Source: an uncultured Verrucomicrobiota bacterium (GTDB taxonomy: Bacteria; Verrucomicrobiota; Verrucomicrobiia; Limisphaerales; UBA9464). Taken from it: a stretch of DNA of 64,000 nucleotides. Every line of letters starts with the position of its first letter. The stretch's first letter is position 1. This document shows, in pieces, positions 36,333-46,011 of the stretch. The notes beneath the pieces are model-generated. The model ran no database searches. It was not told the origin of the DNA and saw only the letters and a program-made list of their open reading frames with translations. The DNA lies in contig CAILNN010000007.1 of the NCBI GenBank assembly GCA_903835555.1, forward strand, positions 16,342 through 80,341. Direction: 5' to 3'. Position numbers and translations under genes: made by a program.

Positions 36333-39159
36333 ACTTCGGCAGCACGAGGCCTATGCGGTGCGCGAGCGGCGGCGCACAGCTCGACAAACAAACGTCAGCG
36401 AGCCGACGAACAGCACCAGTGAGGAAAAAACAGCATCCCTAGGTCGTTTGCCAAGCGATTCGGTTGGCTTGGCTTTCTCAGGGGGTGGGATTCGATCAGC
36501 CACCTTTTGCCTGGGAGTGCTTCAAGGCTTGGCCAAGAAGGACCGGCTTCGACGCATTGATTTTCTTTCAACGGTCTCAGGGGGCGGTTACATCGGGTGT
36601 TTCCTGGGGCGACTATTTACCCGCCAACCCATTCCAAAATTGGGGGCTGATCAGGAATGCCAGTCGTGTCATGGAATCCCCTGTGGTTGCGACCCATGTG
36701 ACAATGTGCAACGGATATTACTGAATAGTCGATCGTCTCCCATCCAATGGCTCCGGGCACATGGCAATTATATCTTTACCAGCGGTTCGGATGAAATCGA
36801 AGGTGTGGGTGGTCTTTGGCGAAATTTGGCTGCCATCCACCTAGTTCTCGCGTTTTTTGGGACCGGGATTTTTGGAATCCTGCATATTTTGGGAGAAATG
36901 AGTGGTGGCTTTCAAATGCTCGAAGCTCCGGTGGTTTTTGGTATTGCTCTAAGTGTTTGGTGGCCCCTGCCGCCACTGTTATTTGCCTTTGCCGTTATTC
37001 CCAATTCTCTGGCTTACTGGTTGGTGCCCAGGAGCGGAAACGCGGCGCGCTTCAATTTTGTCCCTCTAGGAGTCTGGCTGCTGCTTTTCTCGACCCTCGG
37101 ACTCATGCTGGCCGCAGCCGACGCGCCCGTCGGCGGGCTTCTTGCGGTGGCGATTTTGGCCTCGACCCCGATATGGCTGGAATTGACTGGTTATCGTCCG
37201 TCATCGCAAGAACGCATAAAACGGCATTCGACAGAATCCCACCCAATTTCCGACCGATCGCAGAATCGGGATCGATTGACGCTTGGATTGGGGGAGGTTC
37301 TCGCTCTGTTTGCCGCATCTCTTATCTGGGTGTTCATTGATACGCTGGCAAAAAACCTCGCGTCGGGAAATCTCATCTACATCCTGGGGGGATGGAGCGC
37401 GCTTGCGAGCGCACTGTTTCCCTTTTTGCAAAAAGTTGCCAAAAAATGGATGAATCCAGCCAAGACCTCCGGTACGAATCCCTTCCTAAGCACCGGTACC
37501 AAGGCGGCCCTTATCGCCATTCCATTGGTGATCGTGTTGATGAGCTTGCAGGATGCCTTTGTTCATTGGCTTTTCTTGCAGAATTCTATCTGGGGATTGG
37601 AGGTCACGGGATTGGCAATCGGAACTTCCCTTCTGCTGGGAACGGCTGTTCAGTTCTTGAACACTTCTTCGCTATTGCACGCCTACACAGAACGGTTGTC
37701 CCGTTGTTTTCTGGGTGCCTCCAACCCAAAACGCAGCAGCGATTCGGAAGATGCAAACCAAAACGTGCTAATCTCTGAGCCGGAGGATGACCTGCCATTC
37801 CATCAATATCATCCGGAACAGCACGGTGGCCCTCTCCACCTCATCAACCTCTGTATCAATGAGACCGTGGATGCCGTCTCGCAGCGCGAGGCGAGGGATC
37901 GCAAAGGGCTTTCAATGTGCGTCGGGCCTTGTGGAGTCAGCGTCGGGAGGCGCTTTCACTCCCTGTGGAGCCTTCAGCCGGCAAAAAGCGATTTGACCTC
38001 GAGGTTGATTCATTGGGTCCAGCATCGTACGAACGCGCTGGATGCTCAAGTCGCTCTCAAGCCAATCGTGCGATCGAGTGAAACCTTCCACGTCTTAATG
38101 GGGAAAACCGAAGGAGCCGTCTCGGTGGAACCGCTGCCGCTCTCTTTGTGGATGGGCATCTCAGCGGCTGCGTTTGGAACCGGAACGGGAGGGTCAACTT
38201 GTCTTTCGTTTTCCCTCCTTTGCGGATTGGCGAATGTGCGCCTGGGGTACTGGTGGAATAGCGGTTTATCGCCGGGTGATCGCCCGGGTCGTTATCCGCA
38301 AGACCTATGGCAACGATTGAAACAACTTCCGATGTATCTGACCCGGATGCAGCATATGTTGCTGGCTGAATTTCGGGGAAGTTTTGCTGGGCCGGGACAG
38401 CGATATTGGAATCTTTCCGACGGAGGACATTTCGAAATCACGGGTCTTTATGAACTAATTCGGCGGCGAGTGCCCTTCATCATCGCCGTCGATGCCGGAC
38501 ACGATATCGCCCTGACGTTCAGCGATCTGGGCGATTTGGTTCGACTTGTGAGGATTGATTTTTGCGCCGAGATGACCTTTCTTGATCAGGAGCAGGTTCA
38601 AAGTCTCAAACGCTATGTCGAAGGGGGACACGAATATATTGAGGCGACATTGTCTAGTCCCTTGAAGAAGGAGTTGATTCCAGAAGGGCCGCCCGCACTC
38701 GATCCAAAGAAGCTGGAGGAGTTGGAAACGGAATTAGCAGGACATGAATTGAAGTTGTTCCAGAACGGTTTCTTGGATTCAATGGTGATTAATTCAGCAT
38801 CCGACAGTGCTCGCAAAGCGAGACTCCTCGATCAGGGGTTGAAGGAGCATTTTTGGTGGTCCAGATGGCTTCAATTCGACGCGATTAGCTCGCTGGAAAA
38901 GATTGGCAAGAATGACGGCAAACACGCCGCTTTGGCTCGGGTCGCGTTTCCTCCAACCTGCAATGAATACGTCAACACCCTTTGGGTTATTCTACTGAAA
39001 TCGAGTCTGACCGGCGATGAGTCCTTGGACATCAAGTCGTTTAAACAGGCTGATCCCGACTTCCCAAATGATTCTACCACCAATCAATTCTTTACTGAAG
39101 GCCAATGGGAAAGCTACCGCTGTTTGGGCGAACACATTTCCACGACCGTCTTGAAATGA
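36316..39159 (+). CDS. membrane-embedded patatin/cPLA2-like phospholipase
   Basis: GLAFSGGGIRSA oxyanion loop, STVSGGG nucleophile, LSDGGHFE acid, many TM segments, FPNDSTTNQFF tail. Start moved to ATG 36316. Confidence 0.85.
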   Translation: MNYPFELRQHEAYAVRERRRTARQTNVSEPTNSTSEEKTASLGRLPSDSVGLAFSGGGIRSATFCLGVLQGLAKKDRLRRIDFLSTVSGGGYIGCFLGRLFTRQPIPKLGADQECQSCHGIPCGCDPCDNVQRILLNSRSSPIQWLRAHGNYIFTSGSDEIEGVGGLWRNLAAIHLVLAFFGTGIFGILHILGEMSGGFQMLEAPVVFGIALSVWWPLPPLLFAFAVIPNSLAYWLVPRSGNAARFNFVPLGVWLLLFSTLGLMLAAADAPVGGLLAVAILASTPIWLELTGYRPSSQERIKRHSTESHPISDRSQNRDRLTLGLGEVLALFAASLIWVFIDTLAKNLASGNLIYILGGWSALASALFPFLQKVAKKWMNPAKTSGTNPFLSTGTKAALIAIPLVIVLMSLQDAFVHWLFLQNSIWGLEVTGLAIGTSLLLGTAVQFLNTSSLLHAYTERLSRCFLGASNPKRSSDSEDANQNVLISEPEDDLPFHQYHPEQHGGPLHLINLCINETVDAVSQREARDRKGLSMCVGPCGVSVGRRFHSLWSLQPAKSDLTSRLIHWVQHRTNALDAQVALKPIVRSSETFHVLMGKTEGAVSVEPLPLSLWMGISAAAFGTGTGGSTCLSFSLLCGLANVRLGYWWNSGLSPGDRPGRYPQDLWQRLKQLPMYLTRMQHMLLAEFRGSFAGPGQRYWNLSDGGHFEITGLYELIRRRVPFIIAVDAGHDIALTFSDLGDLVRLVRIDFCAEMTFLDQEQVQSLKRYVEGGHEYIEATLSSPLKKELIPEGPPALDPKKLEELETELAGHELKLFQNGFLDSMVINSASDSARKARLLDQGLKEHFWWSRWLQFDAISSLEKIGKNDGKHAALARVAFPPTCNEYVNTLWVILLKSSLTGDESLDIKSFKQADPDFPNDSTTNQFFTEGQWESYRCLGEHISTTVLK

Positions 39160-41252
39160 AAGGGGCTTCCTTAATTGCAACTGGCCAAAATCGAATTCAT
39201 TCGATGCAAATGACCGTCATCACGCAAGTAAAGCCTCTCGGCCTTGTCGTCGCTATCAGCCTTTTGGCTATGGGATGCCAATCGATTTCCTCGTCGTTCA
39301 GGTTTGATGAGCGCATCCTTGTCAAGGTTCCAGGGTTGCCGTCTGGGGATACAGTCTGCCGGACGAATGGCTGGAGCTTCAAGCCGATCGTCGCAGCCAC
39401 AAGCACAAATTTTGCCCAACCATTGCCAGCCCAGTGGTATATGGCATGGAAAGATGCTGACGCGACCCATTCCCCTAAAAAGCTTTGTAAGAGTGATAGT
39501 TGGAAGCGGGTTCGTCGCTTGACCCCAGAGCTGGCCAGCGCCAGCTATCGCGCTTTTGGCGATTACCCGGAGATTGTAGAACCCAACTTGATTTTTGCCG
39601 AGGAGAGCCAGGGGCAAAAGACTAATGGCAGCCCAAAGGACGTTCAGTTGACAACTAGCGGTTCGGAAATCCCCACGGTTACTATCGGTGCGCAACCTTC
39701 CAAGGCCTGGCCAATCCCCAAGAGCAAGGATGGAATCTTCTCCCCTTTTTGGCATTTGGATAGTGAGCACTCTCAACTTAAAGATGCGCGCGAGTATGTC
39801 CAGGCTCACTCAACCACTCCGCCAGAAAACATCCGTATTGGAATTTTGGACAATGGCTTCGACGCTGCCCACGTCGCGATGCCGAAGGCACCTCGAATGG
39901 TGGATTTGCCTGAGGGAAATGCTGTAGCAGTACTGCTGAATAAAGATGACGTTGCTCCGATCGCTAGCCCTGGTGCCATTCGGGCTCATCATGGGACGGG
40001 CACAACGAGTCTGCTCGCAGGTGGGAGGATTCGTGTAGTAGAGGTTCAGAATGGAAAGACAAATCAGACCGTCGAATACCTCGGTGCCGCGCCCGATTCC
40101 ACGATTGTTCCAGTTCGCATTGCCCCTTGGGTTTTTTCGTTGTCCACCGCCAACTTGGCCTATGGAATCGACTATGCCAGTCGTCGCCAGCAATGTGATG
40201 TTTTATCCTTGAGTCATGGCGGAGGTCCGTCCCTCATCTGGGTTGATGCGATCAACGCCGCTTATGAGCGTGGCACCGCCATATTTGCCGCAACGGGCGA
40301 TTTTTACCATCTCTCGGGAACCGAACTCGGCGTTCTCGTGCCATCATCCACGGTCTACCCCGCCTCTTTTCGGAGAGTCGTTGGAGTCACGGGTGTAACC
40401 TCCGATGGTAAGACATATGCCAAGAACAATTGCTTTAAGATGGTCCGCGCATTTTGGTCGGTGAATAGTTGGTTGCAGTGGTTCATGCGGGGAAGTTATG
40501 GGGCGGATTTCGAAAGCCACTGGCTCCTCGGCTCAAACAACGACCCAGACCCCTCGCAAGTCCTTCGCAACGGGCGGCTGCATGCCTATCCCATCGCTGC
40601 TTATACTCCGAATGTTCCATGGGCGGTCTCATCAACGGACGAAAATAATCCGAATGGCGACATAAACCGAATCGATCTCGACGGAGCCGGCACATCGGCA
40701 GCGGCCCCTCAGGTCGCTGGAGCTGCAGCGTTGTGGTTGCAAGCGAACGCCGACGCGATTAAGAAGGATGGGAAATGGAATTCCTGGGAAAAGGCTGAAT
40801 CTGTCTATGTGGCCTTACTGACATCCGCGGAGCGACAACGGACCAACCAACCGGACCATTATATAGGGGCGGGAATTCTAAAGGCTCGCCGGGCCTTGGA
40901 CCTCTCCTACTCGGAGGTTGTTTCCAACAGGTTGGAGGCGGTAGAGCGGAAGCATGGGACCAACGTGACGACCCTGGCCTTGCGTTTTACCTGCGCACCC
41001 AGGGACTATTTTGACGGCCAACGGGCCAGTGCTCAACTTCTGATGCCGTGGCATCACCAACCAAAGGTCGAGACCCGTTTGTATCTACGGCAGTCTCCCG
41101 AGTATTTCACGACTCGCGAAAATGCCATTCATAATGTGCTGTTTAACAGTATTTTGCTTGAATGCTATCAACATGCCGAAACACCTACGACCAACGATCT
41201 AAAAAGTCTGGAAAAGCAGGTGGCGAAATGGCAATTGATGGTTCACGAATAA
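39156..41252 (+). CDS. S8 subtilisin-like serine protease, probable lipoprotein
   Basis: Triad ILDNG, HHGTGT, GTSAAAPQVAGAAAL. Lipobox LAMGC. ATGA overlap with the patatin stop. Confidence 0.88.
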   Translation: MKGASLIATGQNRIHSMQMTVITQVKPLGLVVAISLLAMGCQSISSSFRFDERILVKVPGLPSGDTVCRTNGWSFKPIVAATSTNFAQPLPAQWYMAWKDADATHSPKKLCKSDSWKRVRRLTPELASASYRAFGDYPEIVEPNLIFAEESQGQKTNGSPKDVQLTTSGSEIPTVTIGAQPSKAWPIPKSKDGIFSPFWHLDSEHSQLKDAREYVQAHSTTPPENIRIGILDNGFDAAHVAMPKAPRMVDLPEGNAVAVLLNKDDVAPIASPGAIRAHHGTGTTSLLAGGRIRVVEVQNGKTNQTVEYLGAAPDSTIVPVRIAPWVFSLSTANLAYGIDYASRRQQCDVLSLSHGGGPSLIWVDAINAAYERGTAIFAATGDFYHLSGTELGVLVPSSTVYPASFRRVVGVTGVTSDGKTYAKNNCFKMVRAFWSVNSWLQWFMRGSYGADFESHWLLGSNNDPDPSQVLRNGRLHAYPIAAYTPNVPWAVSSTDENNPNGDINRIDLDGAGTSAAAPQVAGAAALWLQANADAIKKDGKWNSWEKAESVYVALLTSAERQRTNQPDHYIGAGILKARRALDLSYSEVVSNRLEAVERKHGTNVTTLALRFTCAPRDYFDGQRASAQLLMPWHHQPKVETRLYLRQSPEYFTTRENAIHNVLFNSILLECYQHAETPTTNDLKSLEKQVAKWQLMVHE

Positions 41253-41458
41253 TTCGTCCCAATTGAGTATCCCACGGCGATAAACGACACCAGCGTCCTG
41301 AAATTAAAGGAACGCAAAGCCTTTGAAATGATACCGATTATCACGGCCACATACGCAAATACGATTACCGGCTTGGCTGTCGACGACAAACCTGACCCAG
41401 CACCTTGAATATACAAAAATATCCCTGCAAACTGGGAAATCGTCGCAGCGATCGACAA
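41243..41458 (-). other. short hydrophobic ORF or remnant of a membrane protein gene
   Basis: 71 aa with 2-3 hydrophobic segments, TTG start, AT-rich. Fills the gap at the right edge of the operon. Confidence 0.25.
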
Positions 41459-41489
41459 TGCGTAAAGGTGCCCATGGTCGACTTCGTTC

Positions 41490-42296
41490 TTACGGATTAT
41501 GCGGAGTAGTGGAGGCGCGTTTGCGGAAGACGAGGATGTGCTGGCGTGGGAGGGTGTCGACGACTTCGACCCAGTCCAATGGGTGGAGCGCCATTTCTGT
41601 GCGGACTTGGGCTGTAGTCATTTTGTGCAGCCGTTTGATCGGCACGGAATCGTCTTCGCCACGGTATTCCACCAAGACCAGGCGTCCGCCCACTTTAAGG
41701 GACTGGACGACTCCGCTAATGATCTCATAGGGGAACTCGCACTCGTGGTAGACATCGACGAAGATGGCCAGGTCGACTTGATTGGTTGGAAGTCTGGGAT
41801 CGGACTCGGTTCCTTGAATGGTCACGACGTTGGTAACGCCGTGGGAAGCGACATTGGTGCGCAGGATGGCCAGCATTTCCGGCTGTATATCATTGGCATA
41901 GACACGTCCGCCTGGAGCCACCAGACGAGCCATGCGCCATGAAAGGTAGCCGCTGCCGGCACCAATATCTGCCACTACTTGCCCTGGCTTGAGTCCCAAG
42001 GCGATGATCAACTGGGAGGGTTGTTCTTCCTCTTCGCGCTCTGGGCGTTCCAGCCAGGGAGCCCCCTCGTGACTCATGAAATGGGCTATTTCACGGCCCA
42101 TAAACCATTTCCCGATGCCATCGGGCGATCCTGGACGGAGTTCGTAACGAGATTTCTGGACGGTCTTTTGATCAGGCTTAGGAGGCGGAGCCTGGGTTTC
42201 CGCAACTGCATTGCAGAGGCATGACAGGATCGACCAAGCGAGAAGAACGGGGAGCAAACGGATGAAATGCGGAATCGCAAATGGACGGATAATCAT
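41490..42296 (-). CDS. class I SAM-dependent methyltransferase with an N-terminal signal-like segment
   Basis: VADIGAGSGY, YANDIQPEM, VDVYHE, LVEYRGED. Start overlaps the upstream stop. Confidence 0.88.
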   Translation of the reverse strand: MIIRPFAIPHFIRLLPVLLAWSILSCLCNAVAETQAPPPKPDQKTVQKSRYELRPGSPDGIGKWFMGREIAHFMSHEGAPWLERPEREEEEQPSQLIIALGLKPGQVVADIGAGSGYLSWRMARLVAPGGRVYANDIQPEMLAILRTNVASHGVTNVVTIQGTESDPRLPTNQVDLAIFVDVYHECEFPYEIISGVVQSLKVGGRLVLVEYRGEDDSVPIKRLHKMTTAQVRTEMALHPLDWVEVVDTLPRQHILVFRKRASTTPHNP

Positions 42297-43054
42297 GGGA
42301 AGGCGTGGATTTGGCAAGCGGCAATGAAGTCGAAAAACAGTCGCCGATGGATCGGGTACTTGGGGGCGAGCCGCTCTGGGTGAAACTGAACGGATTGAAA
42401 CCAGGCGTTTCGGGTGCGTTCTTCGGGGGTGAACTCAGTCGCTTCAATCAGTCCGTCGGGTGCAAAAGCGGTTGGTCGGAGCCCAGGTGCCATACGGTCG
42501 ATGGCCTGATGGTGGGTGCTGTTGACGCCGATATCATCGTGTCCATAAAGTTCGAAGAAATGGGTTCCGGGAATCGCTTGGACGGTGTGGATGGCCTCGA
42601 ACCGTCGGTCGTAGTCGCAATGGCCGATGGGACTGGGGCGTTGGATTGGTAGATCGACAATGAGGGTTCCGCCCAATACCACGTTCACCAATTGATGACC
42701 GCGGCAAATGGCCAGGAGCGGCTTTTTCTGCCGGAATATTTCCTGAATGAGCAGCAATTCCATGGAATCGCGACCTGGCAGGGCAAATTCGCAGGTGGCT
42801 CTCAATTCGGGTGACGCCTCGAATCCATAGAGGCTGGGTTCGATATCGCCGCCGCCGGTCATCAGAATACCGTCCGCGCGGGCGACAGCCGTGCGGATTC
42901 CTTCGTGGTCGGGCACAACGGGCAGGCAGAGCGGCATGGCCCCGGCTTGAGTTAGTGCGTGGATATAATCATAAGCCACGCTGACCGACGGGTCCGGAAA
43001 TTCCCCACCGGATTCGGAGGTGCTGGAGGTCACCAGTATCAAGGGGCGTTTCAT
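42293..43054 (-). CDS. gamma-glutamyl-gamma-aminobutyrate hydrolase family (peptidase C26, PuuD-like)
   Basis: GILMTGGGDI, AICRGHQ, VNSTHHQA, VQFHPE. Confidence 0.92.
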   Translation of the reverse strand: MKRPLILVTSSTSESGGEFPDPSVSVAYDYIHALTQAGAMPLCLPVVPDHEGIRTAVARADGILMTGGGDIEPSLYGFEASPELRATCEFALPGRDSMELLLIQEIFRQKKPLLAICRGHQLVNVVLGGTLIVDLPIQRPSPIGHCDYDRRFEAIHTVQAIPGTHFFELYGHDDIGVNSTHHQAIDRMAPGLRPTAFAPDGLIEATEFTPEERTRNAWFQSVQFHPERLAPKYPIHRRLFFDFIAACQIHAFP

Positions 43055-43119
43055 GGTGAATCGAATTTATTGGATTCTGGTGCTTTGTTGGCGAAAAAAG
43101 AAACTGCAGTTCGAGTCCA

Positions 43120-43422
43120 TTACGCGGCCGCAGTAGCAACAGTGAATTGGTGTTCCGGATATTTTTCGCGAATGCGCTGGCGGACGGCTTCAATTTGCGA
43201 CGGTGGCGTGAGGTCGCGTGCCGCTCGGCGCTCGAGGTTTTCCAGCAAGTCCAGCCAGTCATTCAGAGCAGGAGTGGCAATTTTCTGCCACTGAACATCT
43301 TTCCCCTTGCGCTTGGGGCGTTCGTGAAAGGCCCATTCACCGCCAAACTTTCGGGCAAATACGTGGCGTTTCACGCCATCAGCACCCGGGGTGGTCCATC
43401 CAACCTCATTCTTGCCACTCAT
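43120..43422 (-). CDS. hypothetical protein
   Basis: 100 aa ORF coupled by ATGA overlap to ispF; protein-like composition. Confidence 0.65.
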   Translation of the reverse strand: MSGKNEVGWTTPGADGVKRHVFARKFGGEWAFHERPKRKGKDVQWQKIATPALNDWLDLLENLERRAARDLTPPSQIEAVRQRIREKYPEHQFTVATAAA

Positions 43423-43913
43423 TTCAGGACCTCCAATTCAGGCAGGTCGATACTGGCGACGGCCATGGCGGCGATGCCCTCTTCGCGACCGATGAATCCA
43501 AGACGTTCATTGGTCGTGGCCTTTACACCAACCCGCCGGGCATCGATTCCGAGGGCCTCGCCGAGGGACTGCTTCATCGCAGCGAGGTGGGGTGCAATCT
43601 TGGGGCGCTCGGCAATCAAAGAAGCGTCAATATTGACCAAGCGTCCACCCCTCAATGCGACTTGTCTAGCGGCTTCAGCCAGGAATACCCGACTGGGTGC
43701 TCCTTTCCACTGCGGGTCGGTGTTGGGGAAAAAATGGCCGATATCGGGCTCACCCAATGCGCCCAGGATGGCGTCGGTGATGGCATGAGCGAGGACGTCG
43801 GCATCGCTATGCCCGGCCAATCCACGGCTGTGAGGAATTTCGACCCCGCCCAGAACAAGTTTTCGCCCGATGGCGAAGGGATGAACGTCATACCCAATCC
43901 CAACAAATATCAT
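43419..43913 (-). CDS. ispF: 2-C-methyl-D-erythritol 2,4-cyclodiphosphate synthase
   Basis: GIGYDVH, GHSDADVLAHAITDA, DIGHFFP, KATTNERLGF. Confidence 0.97.
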   Translation of the reverse strand: MIFVGIGYDVHPFAIGRKLVLGGVEIPHSRGLAGHSDADVLAHAITDAILGALGEPDIGHFFPNTDPQWKGAPSRVFLAEAARQVALRGGRLVNIDASLIAERPKIAPHLAAMKQSLGEALGIDARRVGVKATTNERLGFIGREEGIAAMAVASIDLPELEVLK

Positions 43914-44025
43914 GGACGGAGTTTAGGCGGGGATTTCACTGCCTGAAATTTGATTTTTGCCGTTGCGCAGATTCAGGCGGGAAATGCTTTAAAGAAAGTG
44001 CTCCAAAGGCCGAGGTTGCCGTCTG

Positions 44026-45093
44026 TTAGAACCAGTCCAATCGGTCGGAATTCGAGTAGTAAAATACGCCCAAAAGACGTGCAAGAACCACGCCGAAATA
44101 GATGAAATTGGCCGCCCCCCATAGATCGCGCACACCAGCAATGGCGTATTGTCCAGCTGCGATATTTCCGAGAAAATAGGTCAAGCCGATCAGAGCGAGA
44201 ACCGACACTAGGAGGAGGTAGTCCCAAAGAACTGTCCGAATGGAGTAGAAGATGAAAACCACATCGGCGGCTTCCCAAGTTTCCGCCATGGCGACCGCCA
44301 AGACAGCCATGGGAAAACAGAAAGCACCGGCCAGCGCAAAGACGGTGGAGACTCCGGCCATCGTGGAGAAAGAGTTCGCCGAGGACTGTGCCAGTAAAAT
44401 GAGGGCGGGACCGAAGCAGACGAGGATGCAGGAAATCCAGAGGATTAGCGGACGTAGAACGTCACTGGCGGCGGTTTGAAGCTCTGGCCATTTGGGGACT
44501 TCAGCTTCGCCTTGAGACGAGGCTTGAAGGACAATTTGCAACGATCCAAACAAATAACCGGTGCCAAAAATGCTGAGTGCGGCGGAGAAAACCCGAAATG
44601 GGAGAGCCAGATAACCAAGTAGCCAGAGGATGGCCAAGCCCCCGACACCAATCCCAAGGATTACCGAGCCATCGCCCCGGAAAGGATAGGAAAGCGCGGG
44701 TAGGATTTCGCGGGCGAAGGGTTGGCGTTCTGTCCGGACACGACCGGCCTCCACCTCAATCCGTTCCGGGGGCCGCACCAATGGGCGGACGCCAGGAAAC
44801 ATGTCGCCTAAAGGGCGCCAACCGGTGGCTCCTTCACTCCAACCCAAATCCAGCAAACTGACATGAGCGGACTGAATCAGCGCGACAACCCCTTCACGGG
44901 TTAAGGGGCCTTGCCTTTTGCCGTCCCGAACCAAGTAATAGCCTTTGGCTGCGGGCAGACGCCCCAATTCATCGGCATCGCGAATCTTCAGCCGGGGCTT
45001 CGGCTCCTCCATAAACGGAACAGAAATCGGGTCCCGGCGGACAGGATCCGTCTGAACCGGGTCACCGGAATCCGACTGAGATGGGATTGGCAT
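44026..45093 (-). CDS. GYF_2 (DUF4339) domain membrane protein
   Basis: YYLVRDGKRQGP...LGWSEGATGWRPL followed by about 6 TM segments. Confidence 0.7.
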   Translation of the reverse strand: MPIPSQSDSGDPVQTDPVRRDPISVPFMEEPKPRLKIRDADELGRLPAAKGYYLVRDGKRQGPLTREGVVALIQSAHVSLLDLGWSEGATGWRPLGDMFPGVRPLVRPPERIEVEAGRVRTERQPFAREILPALSYPFRGDGSVILGIGVGGLAILWLLGYLALPFRVFSAALSIFGTGYLFGSLQIVLQASSQGEAEVPKWPELQTAASDVLRPLILWISCILVCFGPALILLAQSSANSFSTMAGVSTVFALAGAFCFPMAVLAVAMAETWEAADVVFIFYSIRTVLWDYLLLVSVLALIGLTYFLGNIAAGQYAIAGVRDLWGAANFIYFGVVLARLLGVFYYSNSDRLDWF

Positions 45094-45172
45094 ACGGGCG
45101 GATGACTAAGATTCCGTATCACAGGAACAGAGCATTGGCGACCTAAAGTTTTGAATTCAGGCCCATTGGACG

Positions 45173-45946
45173 ATGCGCTATCGTTCGCCGGTGACGATTA
45201 TTGGTGTGATTCCGGCCCGGTATGCTTCGACACGGTTTCCCGGCAAGCCGCTGGCCTTGATAGCCGGCAAGACGTTGATCGAGCGAGTGGTGGCTCAATG
45301 CCGAAAAGCACGAGCGCTTTCCGAAGTGGTGGTCGCTACAGATGACGATCGGATTGCCACGGTCGCCCGGCAATTTGCCCGTGTGGAAATGACATCGCCA
45401 GACCATTCCAGCGGGACGGACCGAATTGCGGAGGTGGCCAGAAGGGTTCCTGGCGATGCGTATGTGAATATCCAAGGGGATGAACCGCTGATTAATCCCA
45501 CGGTGATTGATGCAGTCGCAGCACTATTGAGCGAATTTCCGATGTCGACGGCGTCGACACCCATTCGGAGCCTGCATGATTACAATAACCCCAACGTAGT
45601 CAAGGTTGTGGCGGCGTTGGACCGACGAGCCCTTTATTTTTCGCGCCGGACCCTGCCGTACCTCCGCGATCGAGCGAACGAGGCTGAAGAAGTTCAAGTC
45701 GCCAGCTTTCCGTTCCAAAAGCATTTGGGAATATACGGATATCGGCGGGAAACGCTACTTCGGCTGGTGGGGTGGCCAGTTTCATCATTAGAGGCGGCGG
45801 AACGATTGGAGCAATTGCGGGCCCTGGAACATGGAATCGCCATCGGGGTTGTGGAGGTGGCTCATGATAGCTTGGGGGTGGATTTGCCCGGGGATATTGC
45901 CCGGGCTGAAGCCGCACTGTTTAAAGACTTGGCAAACGCAAGCTAA
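45173..45946 (+). CDS. kdsB: 3-deoxy-manno-octulosonate cytidylyltransferase
   Basis: IPARYASTRFPGKPL, SGTDR, NIQGDEP, HLGIYGY, LEQLRALE. Confidence 0.96.
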   Translation: MRYRSPVTIIGVIPARYASTRFPGKPLALIAGKTLIERVVAQCRKARALSEVVVATDDDRIATVARQFARVEMTSPDHSSGTDRIAEVARRVPGDAYVNIQGDEPLINPTVIDAVAALLSEFPMSTASTPIRSLHDYNNPNVVKVVAALDRRALYFSRRTLPYLRDRANEAEEVQVASFPFQKHLGIYGYRRETLLRLVGWPVSSLEAAERLEQLRALEHGIAIGVVEVAHDSLGVDLPGDIARAEAALFKDLANAS

Positions 45947-46011
45947 ATTGAAGAAAAGCCGGTTGATTTTATTCTTTCCGTTGGGAGTGGGGGGGGAGAA
46001 GCTACCATCCC

